Source: Synechococcus sp. A15-28 (GTDB lineage: Bacteria; Cyanobacteriota; Cyanobacteriia; PCC-6307; Cyanobiaceae). From it: a stretch of DNA of 32,000 bases. Made by a program: the position numbers and the translations under genes. Shown piece after piece: positions 16,037-23,012 of this stretch. The first letter of the stretch is position 1, and each line of letters starts with the position of its first letter. The stretch is from positions 330,001-362,000 of the forward strand of contig NZ_CP047931.1 of assembly GCF_014280175.1 (NCBI RefSeq), written 5' to 3'. Below the pieces are notes generated by a model. The model saw nothing but the letters and a program-made list of their open reading frames with translations. It did not search any database and had not been told where the DNA came from.

Positions 16037-16633
16037 TTACCAGCCGAAGGGGGCGAGGATCTGGGCCTGCTTGGAGCTGGTGGACGCGCTCGGAGCCGGG
16101 GTGTCCAGCATCCGCGTTTCCATGCAGAACGATGCGTTGTTGGAGAGCCCTTGAACCGTGCTGGTGCGCAGCCGCAGGTTGGGGCCGGCAAACCAAAACC
16201 GTTCGAGGGAGCTCATCATTTCGTAGTCCGTGGTGAGGATCAGGCCGTTCTCCTCGTCCATGCGGAACTCCCCGGCAACCGGCGCCTTCTCGGCGTAGCC
16301 GCGATCCCGCAGCAGCAGTCCGCTCCGGCCTGAATCGTCGCTCGGGATCAGGCCGAACATCGTCTGATCTTCATGGGATTCTCCGGCGCGATCCCAGGCC
16401 ATGGAGCCACTCCAGCGCACCCAGCAGCCTCCAATGATCCGCTCAACGCTCTCATTGTTGCGTTCAGCGATCTCGGCCAGCCGCGCGTCCCCTTTGTGCA
16501 GCTCTTCCACCACGATGAAGGAGGCACCGGCTTCGGCCCGGCGATGCAACAGGTGGTGTTGGCTGCGCTGTGAAGTCCAGCGACCGCAGCTCAGGCGGAA
16601 AAAGCTGAGGGCATCAGCGATCTCAAGGGGCAT
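16037..16633 (-). CDS. cpcS: CpcS/CpeS-family phycobilin lyase
   Basis: 198 aa. FFRLSCGRWTSQRSQHHLLHRRAEAG is the signature start of the CpcS/CpcU/CpeS lipocalin-like lyases. Which bilin or subunit it serves cannot be told from sequence alone. Confidence 0.85.
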   Translation of the reverse strand: MPLEIADALSFFRLSCGRWTSQRSQHHLLHRRAEAGASFIVVEELHKGDARLAEIAERNNESVERIIGGCWVRWSGSMAWDRAGESHEDQTMFGLIPSDDSGRSGLLLRDRGYAEKAPVAGEFRMDEENGLILTTDYEMMSSLERFWFAGPNLRLRTSTVQGLSNNASFCMETRMLDTPAPSASTSSKQAQILAPFGW

Positions 16634-16982
16634 CGGCGCTCTTGTTCTGAAGTTGATGATGGCAGCGGGCTTCCGCCGCGGTGATCAGGTCGTCGAGGTT
16701 GAGCTGCAGCGGAGCTTTGTTGAGGCTCTCGGCAAGGGCCTGGAGTTGTTCGGCGGCTCCATTGAGCTGAAGCATCAGGGACCGCAGAAAGGCCGGATCC
16801 TCGGCAACGACGGGCTGCTGTTCGCACCAGCGGCGACGGCTGGCGGCATCGGGGAGACGTCCTTCAGCGTCGTGGTCCATGGCCTGGAAGCTGTCCAGGC
16901 AGTGGGCCAGCAAACGCAAGTGGTGCCGGTCCATCTGCGGGAGCAGGGTGGCATCGATCCTGGCGATTGCCTCAGCATCCAT
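16623..16982 (-). CDS. Hypothetical 119-aa helical protein wedged between sufR and cpcS
   Basis: The ATG at 16982 lies 5 nt after the sufR stop, and its own stop overlaps the cpcS ATG by 11 nt (ATGCCCCTTGA). It has GC-rich third positions, three Cys and several His (HH, CHH). No family is recognised. Confidence 0.6.
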   Translation of the reverse strand: MDAEAIARIDATLLPQMDRHHLRLLAHCLDSFQAMDHDAEGRLPDAASRRRWCEQQPVVAEDPAFLRSLMLQLNGAAEQLQALAESLNKAPLQLNLDDLITAAEARCHHQLQNKSADAP

Positions 16983-16987
16983 GCGCT

Positions 16988-17629
16988 TCAGCCTTCCAGC
17001 GGTGTGATCCGGAAGCCGCAGGCGTGTCCTCCCTCGAGCCGCCAGTGCACCCGTTCCACCTGGCAGTCGGGAACCGTTCTGCGGATCAGCACCAGTTCCT
17101 GGTCACAGACAGCGGGAAATTCCTCGGCGATCCGTTGCACCGAGCAGTGCACTTCCTGCAGGCGCCAGCTCACTCCATCGTCTTCCGGGCTGCAGAGCGT
17201 GACGTAGCCCTCATCTCGCCTCAGGCTGGCCAGCTGCTCGAGTCGCTGCTGCAGCGGGCCGTTGCCGATCCGATCCCGGTAGCGGTTGGCCTTGTCCTCC
17301 GCCTGCTGGTTCAACAGGGTTCGTACGGTTTCTTCCGGCAGGCTGGCCCGCATGGAGTTCAGCAGCCCCAGGGCGAAGCGTTGGCTGCCATCGGGGAAAT
17401 GATCCCGCCCTTGGTCGGTCAGGCGCCAGCGGTTGCTTGGCCGGCCTGGACCGGACACGCTGGGGCTCGCTTCGGCCAGTCCAGCTTCAGCCAGGCTTCT
17501 CAACTGTCGCCGTACCGCCTGGACCGACAGGTTCAGGGTTTCGGCCAGGTCTGCAGCATCAGCATCCCCGCGCTCCAGCAGCAGGGACAGCAAAACATCG
17601 CGGGTGCTGGCCTGAACTGGAGAGCTCAT
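16988..17629 (-). CDS. sufR: Iron-sulfur cluster biosynthesis transcriptional regulator SufR
   Basis: It has an N-terminal winged-helix region (TRDVLLSLLLERGDADAADLAETLNLSVQAVRRQLRSL). The C-terminal Cys set (CSPEDD..HCSV..VCDQ..DCQ..HACG) is typical of the [4Fe-4S]-binding SufR. It is divergent from the suf operon. I prefer the ATG at 17629 (MSSPVQ...) over the track start at 17683. Confidence 0.85.
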   Translation of the reverse strand: MSSPVQASTRDVLLSLLLERGDADAADLAETLNLSVQAVRRQLRSLAEAGLAEASPSVSGPGRPSNRWRLTDQGRDHFPDGSQRFALGLLNSMRASLPEETVRTLLNQQAEDKANRYRDRIGNGPLQQRLEQLASLRRDEGYVTLCSPEDDGVSWRLQEVHCSVQRIAEEFPAVCDQELVLIRRTVPDCQVERVHWRLEGGHACGFRITPLEG

Positions 17630-17731
17630 GGTGTGCAGAACCTGTTTCCACGATGCCACCGGAATGGTGACTCCGGCGTTCACAATGGTGCTTCTCCAAG
17701 GCCCGACCTGTTGCCTTAGGCTTCGAATAAG

Positions 17732-17747
17732 GAAACCAGGTCGTTTC
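17732..17747. promoter_or_regulatory. Candidate operator: inverted repeat GAAAC-N6-GTTTC upstream of ftrC-sufBCDS
   Basis: It is a perfect 5+5 inverted repeat with a 6-nt spacer, 20 nt upstream of the ftrC ATG. The architecture matches the CAAC-N6-GTTG SufR sites described for Synechococcus PCC 7002, sharing the AAC-N6-GTT core. A related half-site, GGAAACAGGT, lies on the other strand at 17641-17650 next to the sufR start. Confidence 0.3.
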
Positions 17748-17766
17748 GTAACTTCGCTTTTCCTCC

Positions 17767-18123
17767 ATGTCTGACGCCGCTCCCGAGCCCACCGCCGAAA
17801 GCCTAGAGGTGATCCGCAAGTTCGCTGAGACCTACGCCCAGCGCACAGGCACCTATTTTTGCGCCGAAGCCAGCGTGACCTCCGTGGTGCTCAAGGGTCT
17901 GGCACGTCACAAGGATGAGCTCGGCGGTGCGCTCTGCCCCTGCCGCCACTACGAGGACAAGGAGGCAGAGGTGTCCCAGGCGTTCTGGAACTGCCCTTGC
18001 GTGCCGATGCGCGAGCGCAAGGAGTGTCACTGCATGCTGTTCCTCACCGAGGACAACCCCTTCGCCTGTCCGAATCAGACCCAGACGATCAGCACCGAGA
18101 CGATCCACGCCACTGCCGGCTGA
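17767..18123 (+). CDS. ftrC: Ferredoxin-thioredoxin reductase catalytic (beta) subunit
   Basis: 118 aa with CPCRHYEDKEAE...WNCPCVPMRERKECHCMLF, the CPC...CPC...CHC cluster and disulfide motif of FTR-B. Confidence 0.92.
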   Translation: MSDAAPEPTAESLEVIRKFAETYAQRTGTYFCAEASVTSVVLKGLARHKDELGGALCPCRHYEDKEAEVSQAFWNCPCVPMRERKECHCMLFLTEDNPFACPNQTQTISTETIHATAG

Positions 18124-18128
18124 CCTGA

Positions 18129-19568
18129 ATGACCAGCACCTCCACACGGGACCTCGTCAGCCAGCCGTACAAGTACGGCTTCGTCACCGAGATCGAGACC
18201 GACAAGATCGCCAAAGGTCTTAGCGAGGACGTTGTTCGGCTGATCTCGGCGAAAAAAGAAGAGCCCGCGTTCCTGCTGGAGTTCCGTCTCAAAGCGTTTC
18301 GCCATTGGCTCACGCTGGAAGAGCCCGACTGGGCTGCTTTGGGATATCCCCGGATTGATTATCAGGACATCGTTTATTACGCAGCACCGAAGCAGCAGGA
18401 CAAAAAGGCCAGCCTCGATGAGGTGGATCCCAAGCTCCTGGAGACCTTCGACAAGCTCGGCATTCCCTTAAGCGAGCAGAAACGATTGAGCAACGTGGCT
18501 GTGGACGCGGTGTTCGACAGCGTTTCCATCGCAACGACTTACAAGGAGAAGCTGGCGGAACACGGGGTGGTGTTCTGCTCGTTCAGTGAGGCGGTCAAAG
18601 AGCACCCGGATCTGATTGAGCGCTACCTCGGATCCGTGGTGGCCAGCAACGACAACTACTTCGCTGCACTCAATTCCGCCGTGTTCAGTGATGGCTCCTT
18701 CGTGTTCATCCCCAAAGGGGTCGAATGCCCGATGGAGCTCTCCACCTATTTCCGGATCAATTCCGGCGACACCGGACAGTTCGAGCGCACCTTGATCGTG
18801 GCCGAAGAAGGAGCCTCGGTGAGTTACCTGGAAGGCTGCACGGCACCGATGTTCGACACCAATCAGCTGCATGCCGCGGTGGTGGAACTGGTGGTGCTGG
18901 ACAACGCCTCGATCAAGTACTCCACCGTCCAGAACTGGTACGCCGGTGATGAAAACGGTGTCGGTGGCATCTATAACTTCGTCACCAAGCGGGGCCAGTG
19001 CCGTGGTGCCCGCAGCCGCATCAGCTGGACCCAGGTGGAGACAGGTTCCGCCATTACTTGGAAGTACCCCAGTTGCGTGCTGCAGGGTGCCGATTCGGTC
19101 GGTGAGTTCTATTCCGTGGCCCTCACCAATAACTGTCAGCAGGCCGACACTGGCACCAAGATGGTTCACGTTGGTCCACGAACCCGCTCCACGATCGTGA
19201 GCAAAGGGATCAGTGCTGGTCGCTCCAGCAACAGCTACCGCGGTTTGGTTCAGATGGGACCAGCTGCGAAAGGGGCTCGCAATTACAGCCAGTGCGACTC
19301 GATGCTGATCGGCGATCAGGCCGCCGCCAACACCTATCCCTACATCCGTTCCCAGCAGCCCCAGGCCGCGATCGAACACGAGGCCAGCACCTGCCGCATC
19401 TCCGAAGACCAGCTCTTCTATCTCCAAAGCCGGGGTATCGGCTTTGAGGAGGCGGTGTCGATGATGGTCAGCGGCTTCTGCCGTGATGTGTTCAACCAGT
19501 TGCCGATGGAGTTCGCCGCTGAGGCGGACAAACTGCTGGCCCTCAAGCTCGAGGGATCCGTGGGCTGA
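18129..19568 (+). CDS. sufB: Fe-S cluster assembly scaffold protein SufB
   Basis: 479 aa. YKYGF, the FVFIPKGV..P block and the C-terminal [12 protein letters not shown] motif are typical of SufB. It starts 5 nt after the ftrC stop. Confidence 0.95.
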   Translation: MTSTSTRDLVSQPYKYGFVTEIETDKIAKGLSEDVVRLISAKKEEPAFLLEFRLKAFRHWLTLEEPDWAALGYPRIDYQDIVYYAAPKQQDKKASLDEVDPKLLETFDKLGIPLSEQKRLSNVAVDAVFDSVSIATTYKEKLAEHGVVFCSFSEAVKEHPDLIERYLGSVVASNDNYFAALNSAVFSDGSFVFIPKGVECPMELSTYFRINSGDTGQFERTLIVAEEGASVSYLEGCTAPMFDTNQLHAAVVELVVLDNASIKYSTVQNWYAGDENGVGGIYNFVTKRGQCRGARSRISWTQVETGSAITWKYPSCVLQGADSVGEFYSVALTNNCQQADTGTKMVHVGPRTRSTIVSKGISAGRSSNSYRGLVQMGPAAKGARNYSQCDSMLIGDQAAANTYPYIRSQQPQAAIEHEASTCRISEDQLFYLQSRGIGFEEAVSMMVSGFCRDVFNQLPMEFAAEADKLLALKLEGSVG

Positions 19569-19608
19569 CCCCTGGCTCCATTCCTCTTTTGTTCTTTCTT
19601 CCTCTCCA

Positions 19609-20397
19609 GTGATCCGCCCCGACGCCGAGCTGCTTCTCGACATCAACGATCTGCACGCCTCTGTGGAGGATCAGCCCATCCTCAAGGGGGTGAACCTGCA
19701 GGTGCGTGCCGGCGAGATCCACGCGGTGATGGGTCGCAACGGCAGCGGCAAAAGCACCCTGTCCAAGGTGCTGGCGGGTCACCCTGCCTATCGCGTTACC
19801 GCTGGCACCGTGCGCTACCGCGGCTCCGATCTGTTTGAGCTGGAGCCGGAAGAGCGGGCCCGCCTCGGGGTGTTTCTCGGCTTTCAGTACCCCGTTGAGA
19901 TCCCTGGCGTCAGCAACCTTGAGTTCCTGCGCGTGGCGGCCAATGCCCGCCGCAGTAAGCAGGGGTTGGAGGAACTCGACACCTTCGACTTCGAGGATCA
20001 CGTTCAGGAGAAGCTGCAGGTGGTCCAGATGGACCCGGCCTTCCTGGAACGGAGTGTGAACGAAGGCTTCTCAGGCGGAGAGAAGAAGCGCAATGAGATT
20101 CTTCAGATGGCGCTGCTGGATCCTGTGGTGGCGATCCTCGATGAGACCGATTCCGGCCTCGACATCGACGCCCTGCGCATTGTTGCCGGCGGTGTGAACC
20201 AGCTGGCCACGCCTGAGAACGCCACGCTGTTGATCACCCACTACCAGCGTCTGCTGGATGAGATCACCCCCGATTACGTGCACGTGATGGCGGCGGGCCG
20301 CATCCTGCGCACCGGCGGCCGCGATCTGGCCCTCGAGCTGGAAAAGACGGGTTACGACTGGGTGGACAAGGAACTGGCCGCCCAGGGGGTGGCTTGA
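19609..20397 (+). CDS. sufC: Fe-S cluster assembly ATPase SufC
   Basis: The GTG at 19609 gives (M)[27 protein letters not shown]. It has Walker [10 protein letters not shown], the signature FSGGEKKR and Walker [12 protein letters not shown]. The track start at 19483 lies inside sufB and is rejected. Confidence 0.92.
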   Translation: MIRPDAELLLDINDLHASVEDQPILKGVNLQVRAGEIHAVMGRNGSGKSTLSKVLAGHPAYRVTAGTVRYRGSDLFELEPEERARLGVFLGFQYPVEIPGVSNLEFLRVAANARRSKQGLEELDTFDFEDHVQEKLQVVQMDPAFLERSVNEGFSGGEKKRNEILQMALLDPVVAILDETDSGLDIDALRIVAGGVNQLATPENATLLITHYQRLLDEITPDYVHVMAAGRILRTGGRDLALELEKTGYDWVDKELAAQGVA

Positions 20398-20399
20398 CC

Positions 20400-21578
20400 A
20401 TGACAAGCACGGTGCTCTCACCGGTTCTGGAGCGCGGCCGAGCGGCGTTGGACAAACTCGGTTTGCCCACCCGTCGTCAGGAGGCCTGGCGGCTCACCGA
20501 TCTCAAGCGATTGGAAGCGTTGGCGGGGCTGCCATTGAGCTCTGCTGCGCCATCCCCTGAACTTCCTTCTGTTGCGGCGGGGGTGTCGCGGATTGTGCTT
20601 GATGGCCAAAGCGACCCCCTCAACGGTGTTGATCTGCCAGACGGTGTGAGCGTCCTCTCCCCTGCGGAACTGGAGCAGGCATTGGGACACACCCTTGACC
20701 GCTGTGGCTGTGCCGATAGCTGGCCAGTGGAACTCAACCACGCCTCAGCCCGGCAGGTGTTGGCTCTGCGGGTGCGTGGTGCTGTTCCCCCGTTGGAGCT
20801 GGTGCTTTCGGGCGCTGCCGGCCTGACGGCAACCCGGGTTGTGCTGCTGGTGGAGGAAAAAGCGACGCTTGAGTTGCTGCAAGTGCTTCACTCCGATGGC
20901 CCTTCGGCCCACAGCCACGTGCTGGAGGTCCATCTGGGCCAGGAAGCTCAGCTTCGTCACGGATTGATCGCGACGGCTGATGGTGAGGCCTCGTTGATGA
21001 CCCATCTGGCTGTGGAGCAGGAGCCCCGCAGTCATTACGCCTTCACGTCGGTGGTGCAGGGGTGGAATCTGGCGCGGGTTGAGCCCAGGGTGGTGCAGGT
21101 GGATGGGCAGGCGAGCACGGTGCTTAAAGGTCTGGCGGTGAGTCAGGCGGAGCAGCAGCTGGCCACCCACACGGCGGTGCGTTTCGACGGACCGGATGGG
21201 GAGCTGGATCAGCTGCAGAAATGTCTGGCCGGCGACCGTTCCCACGCCATCTTCAACGGCGCCATTCAGGTGCCCAGGGAGGCCCAGCGCACCAACGCGG
21301 CTCAGCTGAGCCGCAATCTGCTGCTGTCCGAGCGGGCCCGGCTGGACACCAAACCCGAGCTGGAGATCGTGGCCGACGATGTGCGCTGCGCCCATGGCGC
21401 CACGGTGAGCCAGTTGCAGGAGGACGAGCTCTTCTATCTGCAGAGTCGCGGGATTGCTGCTGCCGAAGCGGCGGCCCTGTTGCTGCGGGGGGCCTGCCAG
21501 GAGGTGATTGAGCATCTGCCGGCTTCAGCGGCAGCCTGGGACCCCCTGGGGCGGGTGATGAGGGGGTTAAGCCGATGA
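20400..21578 (+). CDS. sufD: Fe-S cluster assembly protein SufD
   Basis: About 392 aa. The C-terminal block [35 protein letters not shown] is the SufB/SufD beta-helix signature. The start is the ATG at 20400 or the TTG at 20394, which overlaps the sufC stop. Confidence 0.9.
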   Translation: MTSTVLSPVLERGRAALDKLGLPTRRQEAWRLTDLKRLEALAGLPLSSAAPSPELPSVAAGVSRIVLDGQSDPLNGVDLPDGVSVLSPAELEQALGHTLDRCGCADSWPVELNHASARQVLALRVRGAVPPLELVLSGAAGLTATRVVLLVEEKATLELLQVLHSDGPSAHSHVLEVHLGQEAQLRHGLIATADGEASLMTHLAVEQEPRSHYAFTSVVQGWNLARVEPRVVQVDGQASTVLKGLAVSQAEQQLATHTAVRFDGPDGELDQLQKCLAGDRSHAIFNGAIQVPREAQRTNAAQLSRNLLLSERARLDTKPELEIVADDVRCAHGATVSQLQEDELFYLQSRGIAAAEAAALLLRGACQEVIEHLPASAAAWDPLGRVMRGLSR

Positions 21579-22855
21579 CGACAACCTCAGCCGTGAAAAA
21601 TCGTGATGATATCGGTGTGATAGCTGATCGATATCGTGCCGACTTCCCGATCCTTGAGCAGGTCGCTCCCGATGGTCGGCCCTTGATCTACCTCGATCAC
21701 GCCGCCACCAGCCAGAAGCCGCGCCAGGTTTTGCAAGCCCTTCAGCACTATTACGCCGCAGACAATGCCAACGTGCATCGCGGCGCCCATCAGCTGAGTG
21801 CCCGGGCAACCGAGTCGTTCGAGGCGGCCCGCTCCGTGGCGGCGGACTTCATCGGGGCAGCCAGCTCCCGTGAAATCGTGTTCACCCGCAACGCCAGCGA
21901 GGCGATCAATCTCGTGGCCCGCAGCTGGGGTGATGCCAATTTGCGCGAGGGGGACGAAATCCTCCTCACCGTGATGGAGCATCACAGCAATCTGGTGCCC
22001 TGGCAGCTCTTAGCCCAGCGCACCGGCTGCGTTCTGCGCCATGTGGGGATCACCGAGACCGGTGAGCTGGATCTGGATGATTTCCGCAGCAAGCTCGGCG
22101 ACCGCACCCGCCTGGTCAGCCTGGTGCACATCAGCAATGCCCTCGGTTGCTGCAACCCCCTCGATCAGGTGATCCCCGCCGCCCATGCCTCCGGGGCCCT
22201 GGTGCTGGTGGATGCCTGCCAGAGCCTGGCCCACAAGCCGATTGATGTGGCCGGTCTTGATGCTGATTTTCTTGTCGGTTCCTCCCACAAGCTCTGCGGC
22301 CCCACCGGCATGGGCTTCCTCTGGGCACGGGAGTCCCTGCTGGAGGAGATGCCTCCTTTCCTCGGTGGTGGGGAAATGATCCAGGACGTTTTCCTGGATC
22401 ACAGCACCTGGGCCGTGCTGCCTCACAAATTCGAAGCTGGCACCCCGGCCATTGGCGAAGCGGTGGGCATGGGGGCCGCGATTCGATACCTGCAGGCGAT
22501 TGGGCTGGAGGCGATTCAGGCCTGGGAAGCACAGCTCACCTGCCATCTGTTCGACCGGCTGCAAGCCATTGATGGTGTGAGGGTCCTGGGACCCACACCG
22601 GATCAGCAGCCCGAGCGCGGCGCGCTGGCCACCTTCCTTGTGGACGGCGTGCATGCCAATGACATCGCTGCCTTGATGGATGCCTCCGGGATCTGCATCC
22701 GCAGCGGTCACCACTGCTGTCAGCCCCTGCACCGCCATTACGGCGTGACGGCATCAGCCCGGGCCAGCCTGAGTTTCATCAGCACCTTCGAGGAGATCGA
22801 CCGGTTCAGTGAGGAGCTGGCGTCCACCATCGGCTTCCTGAGGGAGCACAGCTGA
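21575..22855 (+). CDS. sufS: Cysteine desulfurase SufS (class V aminotransferase, group II)
   Basis: 426 aa. It carries the PLP-lysine motif SSHKLCGPTG, the catalytic-Cys loop RSGHHCCQP and the N-terminal LDHAATSQKP block. Its ATG overlaps the sufD stop (ATGA). Confidence 0.93.
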   Translation: MTTTSAVKNRDDIGVIADRYRADFPILEQVAPDGRPLIYLDHAATSQKPRQVLQALQHYYAADNANVHRGAHQLSARATESFEAARSVAADFIGAASSREIVFTRNASEAINLVARSWGDANLREGDEILLTVMEHHSNLVPWQLLAQRTGCVLRHVGITETGELDLDDFRSKLGDRTRLVSLVHISNALGCCNPLDQVIPAAHASGALVLVDACQSLAHKPIDVAGLDADFLVGSSHKLCGPTGMGFLWARESLLEEMPPFLGGGEMIQDVFLDHSTWAVLPHKFEAGTPAIGEAVGMGAAIRYLQAIGLEAIQAWEAQLTCHLFDRLQAIDGVRVLGPTPDQQPERGALATFLVDGVHANDIAALMDASGICIRSGHHCCQPLHRHYGVTASARASLSFISTFEEIDRFSEELASTIGFLREHS

Positions 22856-23012
22856 ACGGTGCTTCCTTCTGCAAGGAGTGGATTGCAGCTCAAAGATTGA
22901 TGTTGATTGTCAATTTTTTTACCGTTGAATTATGAGTATTGAATGAGAGATGGTGGTTCTTATTCGTTGCGGGGATGACTGCCTCGTTTAAGATCCTGCT
23001 AATAGTGTTAAA

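Noticed and set aside
17641-17651. DnaA-box-like TGTTTCCAC near the sufR start, considered as a possible origin
   Set aside because: It is a single imperfect box with no cluster, no AT-rich unwinding element and no dnaA or dnaN nearby.
16401-17719. Plus-strand ORFs 16401..17207 (268 aa) and 16967..17719 (250 aa)
   Set aside because: They are antisense to cpcS, the 119-aa ORF and sufR. The minus-strand reading gives recognisable CpcS and SufR signatures.
18468-22738. Minus-strand ORFs 18468..19646 (392 aa), 20745..21515 (256 aa) and 22010..22738 (242 aa)
   Set aside because: They are antisense to sufB, sufD and sufS and are shadow frames.
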